From: the human T2T-CHM13v2.0 reference genome, Homo sapiens
Assembly (NCBI RefSeq): GCF_009914755.1
Contig: NC_060945.1
Strand: one strand, 5' to 3'
DNA: 64,000 nt
Under the pieces are notes generated by a model. That model ran no database searches. It had not been told where the DNA came from and worked only from the letters and a program-made list of their open reading frames with translations. Position 1 is the stretch's first letter, and each line of letters begins with the position of its first letter. Both the position numbers and the translations under genes were made by a program. Shown one piece after another: positions 56,090 through 64,000 of this stretch.

Positions 56090-59000
56090 ACTTCCACAAA
56101 CTACAAAAAGTGTGTTTCAAACCTGCTCTATGAAAGGCCATGTTCATCTCTATGAGTTGAATGGAAATATCCGAAAGAAATTTCTGGGAATGCTGCTGTC
56201 TAGTGTTTATACGAATTCCCGCTTCCAACGAAATCCTCAAAGCAATCCAAATATCCACTTGCAGAATCCACAAAAAGAGTGTTTCAAAACTGCTCTATCA
56301 ATAGAAAGGTTCAACTCTTTTAGTTGAGTACACACATCACGAACAAGTTTCTGAGAATGCTTCTGTCTGGCTTTTATTGGAAGACGTTTCCTTTTCACCA
56401 AAGGCATCAAAGCGCTCCAAATGTCCACTTCCAGATTCTTCCAAAAGAGTGTTTCAAACGTGCTCAAAGTAAGGGAATGTTCAACTCTGTGACTTGAATG
56501 CAGATATCACCAAGTAGTTTCTAATAGTGCTTCTGTCTAGATTTTAGATGATGATATTCCCGTTTCCAACGAAATCGTTAGAGCTAAGCAAATATCCAGT
56601 TACAGTTTCTACCAAAAGGGTGTTTCCAAATTGCTGCATCAAAAGAAAGGTTCAACTCTGTTAGTTGAGGACACACATCACAAAGAAGTTTGTGAGAATG
56701 CTTCTGTCTAGATTTTGTATGACGATATTCCCTTTTCCAACGATATCGTTAAAGCAATCTAAATATCAATTTGCAGAATCCACAAAAATAGAGTTTCAAA
56801 GCTGCTCTGTAAAAAGAAAGGTTCCACTCTGTTAGCTGAGTACACACATCACAAACTTGATTCTGAGAATCCTTCTGTCTCGTTTTTATGGGAAGATATT
56901 TACTTTTCCACCGTAGGCATCAAAGCGCTCCAAATGTCCACATCCAGATACTCCAGAACGAGTGTTTCAAACCTGCTCTATGAAAGGGAATCTTCAACTC
57001 TATGAGTTGAATGCAGACATCAGAAAGAAATTTCTGAGAATGCTGCTGTCTACCTTTTATTTGAATTCCCGCTTCCAACGAAATCCTCCAAGCTATCCAA
57101 ATATCCACCTGCATTTTCCACAACAAGAGTGTTTCAAAACTGCTCTATCAATAGAAATGTTCAACTCCTTTGGCTGGGTACACACATCACAAACAAGTTT
57201 CTGAGAATGCTTCTGTCTAGTTTTTATGGGAAGACGTTCCCTTTTTCACCAAAGGCATCAAAGCGCTCCAAATGTCCACTTCCAGACACTACAAAAAGAG
57301 TGTTTCAAACGTGCTCTAAGAAAGCGAATGTTCAACTCTGTGACTTGAATGCAGATATCACAAAGTAGTTTCTGAGAGGGCTTCTGTCTAGATTTTAGAT
57401 GATGATATTCCCGTTTCCAACGAAATCATTAGAGCTATCCAAATATCCACTTACAGTTTCTACAAAAAGAGTGTTTCCAAACTGCTGCATCAAAAGAGAG
57501 GTTCCACTCTGTTAGCCGAGTACACACATCACAAACTTGTTTCTCAGAATCCTTCTGACTCGTTTTTATGGGAAGATATTTACTTTTTCACCGTAGGCAT
57601 CAAAGCGCTCCAAATGTCCACATCCAGATACTCCAGAAAGAGTGTTTCAAACCTGCTCTATGAAAGGGAATCTTCAACTCTATGAGTTGAATGCAGACAT
57701 CAGAAAGAAATTTCTGAGAATGCTGCTGTCTACCTTTTATTTGAATTCCCGCTTCCAACGAAATCCTCCAAGCTATCCAAATATCCACTTGCAGATTCCA
57801 CAAAAAGAGTGTATCAAAACTGCTCTCTATCAATGGCAAAGTTCAACTCTGTTAGTTGAGGACACATATCACCAACAAGTTTCTGAGAATGCTTCTGTCT
57901 ATTTTTTATGGGAAGATATTTCCTTTTTCACCGTAGGCGTCAAGGCGATCGAAATGTCCACTTCCACAAACTACAAAAAGAGTGTTTCAAACCTGCTCTA
58001 TGAAAGGCCATGTTCATCTCTATGAGTTGAATGGAAATATCCGAAAGAAATTTCTGGGAATGCTGCTGTCTAGTGTTTATACGAATTCCCGCTTCCAACG
58101 AAATCCTCAAAGCAATCCAAATATCCACTTGCAGAATCCACAAAAAGAGTGTTTCAAAACTGCTCTATCAATAGAAAGGTTCAACTCTTTTAGTTGAGTA
58201 CACACATCACGAACAAGTTTCTGAGAATGCTTCTGTCTGGCTTTTATTGGAAGACGTTTCCTTTTCACCAAAGGCATCAAAGCGCTCCAAATGTCCACTT
58301 CCAGATTCTTCCAAAAGAGTGTTTCAAACGTGCTCAAAGTAAGGGAATGTTCAACTCTGTGACTTGAATGCAGATATCACCAAGTAGTTTCTAATAGTGC
58401 TTCTGTCTAGATTTTAGATGATGATATTCCCGTTTCCAACGAAATCGCTAGAGCTATCCAAATATCCAGTTACAGTTTCTACCAAAAGGGTGTTTCCAAA
58501 TTGCTGCATCAAAAGAAAGGTTCAACTCTGTTAGTTGAGGACACACATCACAAAGAAGTTTGTGAGAATGCTTCTGTCTAGATTTTGTATGACGATATTC
58601 CCTTTTCCAACGATATCGTTAAAGCAATCTAAATATCAATTTGCAGAATCCACAAAAATAGAGTTTCAAAGCTGCTCTGTAAAAAGAAAGGTTCCACTCT
58701 GTTAGCTGAGTACACACATCACAAACTTGTTTCTGAGAAACCTTCTGTCTCGTTTTTATGGGAAGATATTTACTTTTCCACTGTAGGCATCAAAGCGCTC
58801 CAAATGTCCACATCCAGATACTCCAGAACGAGTGTTTCAAACCTGCTCTATGAAAGGGAATCTTCAACTCTATGAGTTGAATGCAGAATCAGAAAGAAAT
58901 TTCTGAGAATGCTGCTGTCTACCTTTTATTTGAATTCCCGCTTCCAACGAAATCCTCCAAGCTATCCAAATATCCACCTGCATTTTCCACAAAAAGAGTG

Positions 59001-62000
59001 TTTCAAAACTGCTCTATCAATAGAAATGTTCAACTCCTTTGGCTGGGTACACACATCACAAACAAGTTTCTGAGAATGCTTCTGTCTAGTTTTTATGGGA
59101 AGACGTTCCCTTTTTCACCAAAGGCATCAAAGCGCTCCAAATGTCCACTTCCAGACACTACAAAAAGAGTGTTTCAAACGTGCTCTAAGAAAGCGAATGT
59201 TCAACTCTGTGACTTGAATGCAGATATCACAAAGTAGTTTCTGAGAGGGCTTCTGTCTAGATTTTAGATGATGATATTCCCGTTTCCAACGAAATCATTA
59301 GAGCTATCCAAATATCCACTTACAGTTTCTACAAAAAGAGTGTTTCCAAACTGCTGCATCAAAAGAGAGGTTCCACTCTGTTAGCCGAGTACACACATCA
59401 CAAACTTGTTTCTCAGAATCCTTCTGTCTCGTTTTTATGGGAAGATATTTACTTTTTCACCGTAGGCATCAAAGCGCTCCAAATGTCCACATCCAGATAC
59501 TCCAGAAAGAGTGTTTCAAACCTGCTCTATGAAAGGGAATCTTCAACTCTATGAGTTGAATGCAGACATCAGAAAGAAATTTCTGAGAATGCTGCTGTCT
59601 ACCTTTTATTTGAATTCCCGCTTCCAACGAAATCCTCCAAGCTATCCAAATATCCACTTGCAGATTCCACAAAAAGAGTGTTTCAAAACTGCTCTCTATC
59701 AATGGCAAAGTTCAACTCTGTTAGTTGAGGACACATATCACCAACAAGTTTCTGAGAATGCTTCTGTCTATTTTTTATGGGAAGATATTTCCTTTTTCAC
59801 CGTAGGCGTCAAGGCGATCGAAATGTCCACTTCCACAAACTACAAAAAGAGTGTTTCAAACCTGCTCTATGAAAGGCCATGTTCATCTCTATGAGTTGAA
59901 TGGAAATATCCGAAAGAAATTTCTGGGAATGCTGCTGTCTAGTGTTTATACGAATTCCCGCTTCCAACGAAATCCTCAAAGCAATCCAAATATCCACTTG
60001 CAGAATCCACAAAAAGAGTGTTTCAAAACTGCTCTATCAATAGAAAGGTTCAACTCTTTTAGTTGAGTACACACATCACAAACAAGTTTCTGAGAATGCT
60101 TCTGTCTGGCTTTTATTGGAAGACGTTTCCTTTTCACCAAAGGCATCAAAGCGCTCCAAATGTCCACTTCCAGATTCTTCCAAAAGAGTGTTTCAAACGT
60201 GGTCGAAGTAAGGGAATGTTCAACTCTGTGACTTGAATGCAGATATCACCAAGTAGTTTCTAATAGTGCTTCTGTCTACATTTTAGATGATGATATTCCC
60301 GTTTCCAACGAAATCGTTAGAGCTATCCAAATATCCAGTTACAGTTTCTACCAAAAGGGTGTTTCCAAATTGCTGCATCAAAAGAAAGGTTCAACTCTGT
60401 TAGTTGAGGACACACATCACAAAGAAGTTTGTGAGAATGCTTCTGTCTAGATTTTGTATGACGATATTCCCTTTTCCAACGATATCGTTAAAGCAATCTA
60501 AATATCAATTTGCAGAATCCACAAAAATAGAGTTTCAAAGCTGCTCTGTAAAAAGAAAGGTTCCACTCTGTTAGCTGAGTACACACATCACAAACTTGTT
60601 TCTGAGAAACCTTCTGTCTCGTTTTTATGGGAAGATATTTACTTTTCCACTGTAGGCATCAAAGCGCTCCAAATGTCCACATCCAGATACTCCAGAACGA
60701 GTGTTTCAAACCTGCTCTATGAAAGGGAATCTTCAACTCTATGAGTTGAATGCAGAATCAGAAAGAAATTTCTGAGAATGCTGCTGTCTACCTTTTATTT
60801 GAATTCCCGCTTCCAACGAAATCCTCCAAGCTATCCAAATATCCACCTGCATTTTCCACAAAAAGAGTGTTTCAAAACTGCTCTATCAATAGAAATGTTC
60901 AACTCCTTTGGCTGGGTACACACATCACAAACAAGTTTCTGAGAATGCTTCTGTCTAGTTTTTATGGGAAGACGTTCCCTTTTTCACCAAAGGCATCAAA
61001 GCGCTCCAAATGTCCACTTCCAGACACTACAAAAAGAGTGTTTCAAACGTGCTCTAAGAAAGCGAATGTTCAACTCTGTGACTTGAATGCAGATATCACA
61101 AAGTAGTTTCTGAGAGGGCTTCTGTCTAGATTTTAGATGATGATATTCCCGTTTCCAACGAAATCATTAGAGCTATCCAAATATCCACTTACAGTTTCTA
61201 CAAAAAGAGTGTTTCCAAACTGCTGCATCAAAAGAGAGGTTCCACTCTGTTAGCCGAGTACACACATCACAAACTTGTTTCTCAGAATCCTTCTGTCTCG
61301 TTTTTATGGGAAGATATTTACTTTTTCACCGTAGGCATCAAAGCGCTCCAAATGTCCACATCCAGATACTCCAGAAAGAGTGTTTCAAACCTGCTCTATG
61401 AAAGGGAATCTTCAACTCTATGAGTTGAATGCAGACATCAGAAAGAAATTTCTGAGAATGCTGCTGTCTACCTTTTATTTGAATTCCCGCTTCCAACGAA
61501 ATCCTCCAAGCTATCCAAATATCCACTTGCAGATTCCACAAAAAGAGTGTTTCAAAACTGCTCTCTATCAATGGCAAAGTTCAACTCTGTTAGTTGAGGA
61601 CACATATCACCAACAAGTTTCTGAGAATGCTTCTGTCTATTTTTTATGGGAAGATATTTCCTTTTTCACCGTAGGCGTCAAGGCGATCGAAATGTCCACT
61701 TCCACAAACTACAAAAAGAGTGTTTCAAACCTGCTCTATGAAAGGCCATGTTCATCTCTATGAGTTGAATGGAAATATCCGAAAGAAATTTCTGGGAATG
61801 CTGCTGTCTAGTTTTTATATGAATTCCGGCTTCCAACGAAATCCTCAAAGCAATCCAAATATCCACTTGCAGAATCCACAAAAAGAGTGTTTCAAAACTG
61901 CTCTATCAATAGAAAGGTTCAACTCTTTTAGTTGAGTACACACATCACAAACAAGTTTCTGAGAATGCTTCTGTCTGGCTTTTATTGGAAGACGTTTCCT

Positions 62001-64000
62001 TTTCACCAAAGGCATCAAAGCGCTCCAAATGTCCACTTCCAGATTCTTCCAAAAGAGTGTTTCAAACGTGCTCGAAGTAAGGGAATGTTCTACTCTGTGA
62101 CTTGAATGCAGATATCACCAAGTAGTTTCTAATAGTGCTTCTGTCTAGATTTTAGATGATGATATTCCCGTTTCCAACGAAATCGCTAGAGCTATCCAAA
62201 TATCCAGTTACAGTTTCTACCAAAAGGGTGTTTCCAAATTGCTGCATCAAAAGAAAGGTTCAACTCTGTTAGTTGAGGACACACATCACAAAGAAGTTTG
62301 TGAGAATGCTTCTGTCTAGATTTTGTATGACGATATTCCCTTTTCCAACGATATCGTTAAAGCAATCTAAATATCAATTTGCAGAATCCACAAAAATAGA
62401 GTTTCAAAGCTGCTCTGTAAAAAGAAAGGTTCCACTCTGTTAGCTGAGTACACACATCACAAACTTGTTTCTCAGAATCCTTCTGTCTCGTTTTTATGGG
62501 AAGATACTTACTTTTCCACCGTAGGCATCAAAGCGCTCCAAATGTCCACATCCAGATACTCCAGAACGAGTGTTTCAAACCTGCTCTATGAAAGGGAATC
62601 TTCAACTCTATGAGTTGAATGCAGACATCAGAAAGAAATTTCTGAGAATGCTGCTGTCTACCTTTTATTTGAATTCCCGCTTCCAACGAAATCCTCCAAG
62701 CTATCCAAATATCCACCTGCATTTTCCACAACAAGAGTGTTTCAAAACTGCTCTATCAATAGAAATGTTCAACTCCTTTGGCTGGGTACACACATCACAA
62801 ACAAGTTTCTGAGAATGCTTCTGTCTAGTTTTTATGGGAAGACGTTCCCTTTTTCACCAAAGGCATCAAAGCGCTCCAAATGTCCACTTCCAGACACTAC
62901 AAAAAGAGTGTTTCCAACGTGCTCTAAGAAAGCGAATGTTCAACTCTGTGACTTGAATGCAGATATCACAAAGTAGTTTCTGAGAGGGCTTCTGTCTAGA
63001 TTTTAGATGATGATATTCCCGTTTCCAACAAAATCATTAGAGCTTCCAAATATCCACTTACAGTTTCTACAAAAAGAGTGTTTCCAAACTGCTGCATCAA
63101 AAGAGAGGTTCCACTCTGTTAGCCGAGTACACACATCACAAACTTGTTTCTCAGAATCCTTCTGTCTCGTTTTTATGGGAAGATATTTACTTTTTCACCG
63201 TAGGCATCAAAGCGCTCCAAATGTCCACATCCAGATACTCCAGAAAGAGTGTTTCAAACCTGCTCTATGAAAGGGAATCTTCAACTCTATGAGTTGAATG
63301 CAGACATCAGAAAGAAATTTCTGAGAATGCTGCTGTCTACCTTTTATTTGAATTCCCGCTTCCAACGAAATCCTCCAAGCTATCCAAATATCCACTTGCA
63401 GATTCCACAAAAAGAGTGTTTCAAAACTGCTCTCTATCAATGGCAAAGTTCAACTCTGTTAGTTGAGGACACATATCACCAACAAGTTTCTGAGAATGCT
63501 TCTGTCTATTTTTTATGGGAAGATATTTCCTTTTTCACCGTAGGCGTCAAGGCGATCGAAATGTCCACTTCCACAAACTACAAAAAGAGTGTTTCAAACC
63601 TGCTCTATGAAAGGCCATGTTCATCTCTATGAGTTGAATGGAAATATCCGAAAGAAATTTCTGGGAATGCTGCTGTCTAGTTTTTATATGAATTCCCGCT
63701 TCCAACGAAATCCTCAAAGCAATCCAAATATCCACTTGCAGAATCCACAAAAAGAGTGTTTCAAAACTGCTCTATCAATAGAAAGGTTCAACTCTTTTAG
63801 TTGAGTACACACATCACAAACAAGTTTCTGAGAATGCTTCTGTCTGGCTTTTATTGGAAGACGTTTCCTTTTCACCAAAGGCATCAAAGCGCTCCAAAGG
63901 TCCACTTCCAGATTCTTCCAAAAGAGTGTTTCAAACGTGCTCATAGTAAGGGAATGTTCAACTCTGTGACTTGAATGCAGATATCACCAAGTAGTTTCTA

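Larger units (their letters stand above)
1..64000 (-). repeat. Centromeric alpha-satellite higher-order-repeat array (~171-bp monomers, 11-mer HOR of 1870 bp)
   Basis: Seen: the motif catcacaaa..gtttctgagaatgcttctgtct recurs every 167-171 bp from end to end. It is the reverse complement of the alphoid consensus start CATTCTCAGAAAC... The anchor ORF recurs at 23, 2573, 4443, 6993, 8863, 10733 ... 63589, almost always spaced 1869-1870 bp. Copies differ only by scattered SNVs. Confidence 0.99.

Noticed and set aside
22418-57820. Isolated singleton SNVs (for example near 22424, 27087, 29684, 34105, 57813)
   Set aside because: These are single unclustered changes outside CENP-B boxes, consistent with background mutation or consensus error.
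23-63944. About 220 short ORFs (62-127 aa) on both strands
   Set aside because: They recur with the HOR period, overlap in opposite frames, mostly rely on non-ATG starts and resemble no protein family I recognise. They are chance open frames in satellite DNA.
1-64000. CRISPR-like array (conserved motifs at regular spacing)
   Set aside because: The intervening sequences are homologous monomer bodies, not unique spacers, and there is no leader or cas gene.
1-64000. Transposon insertion, inversion or non-satellite island
   Set aside because: All anchor spacings are accounted for by whole monomers or 1-4 bp indels, orientation never flips, and I saw no poly-A tail, TSD, Alu or L1 sequence.
1-64000. 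Claim that this window is the kinetochore site (CENP-A domain or centromere dip region)
   Set aside because: High homogeneity and dense CENP-B boxes indicate a live array, but the kinetochore position is epigenetic and needs methylation or CENP-A data.
1-64000. A previously undescribed biological system
   Set aside because: Everything visible is explained by a well-known alpha-satellite HOR and its recombinational turnover. The sequence gives no support for a new system.

Overview
The whole 64 kb window is one uninterrupted, single-orientation array of primate (very probably human) centromeric alpha-satellite DNA. It holds about 375 monomers of ~171 bp, with CENP-B boxes on the minus strand. 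Monomers are organised as an 11-monomer higher-order repeat (HOR) of 1870 bp. EcoRI sites cut the HOR into 850+680+340 bp, which fits the suprachromosomal family 2 chromosome 13/21 live array (D13Z1/D21Z1, S2C13/21H1L, alphaRI-680). I count 33 complete HOR units plus a partial one: 30 11-mers (1866-1870 bp), two 15-mers (2550 bp) and one 14-mer (2382 bp). I see no genes, transposon insertions, inversions or CRISPR arrays; every listed ORF is a by-product of the repeat. I found no new biological system. What is worth a second look is the recombination record in the variants: a 3739-bp two-HOR super-period, nested 4420, 9348 and 7478 bp block duplications, a 14-mer better explained as an 8-monomer deletion, an out-of-register monomer conversion tract, diverged patches and four mutated CENP-B boxes. 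Variant calls were made by eye and from ORF-track spacing, so they are not exhaustive.
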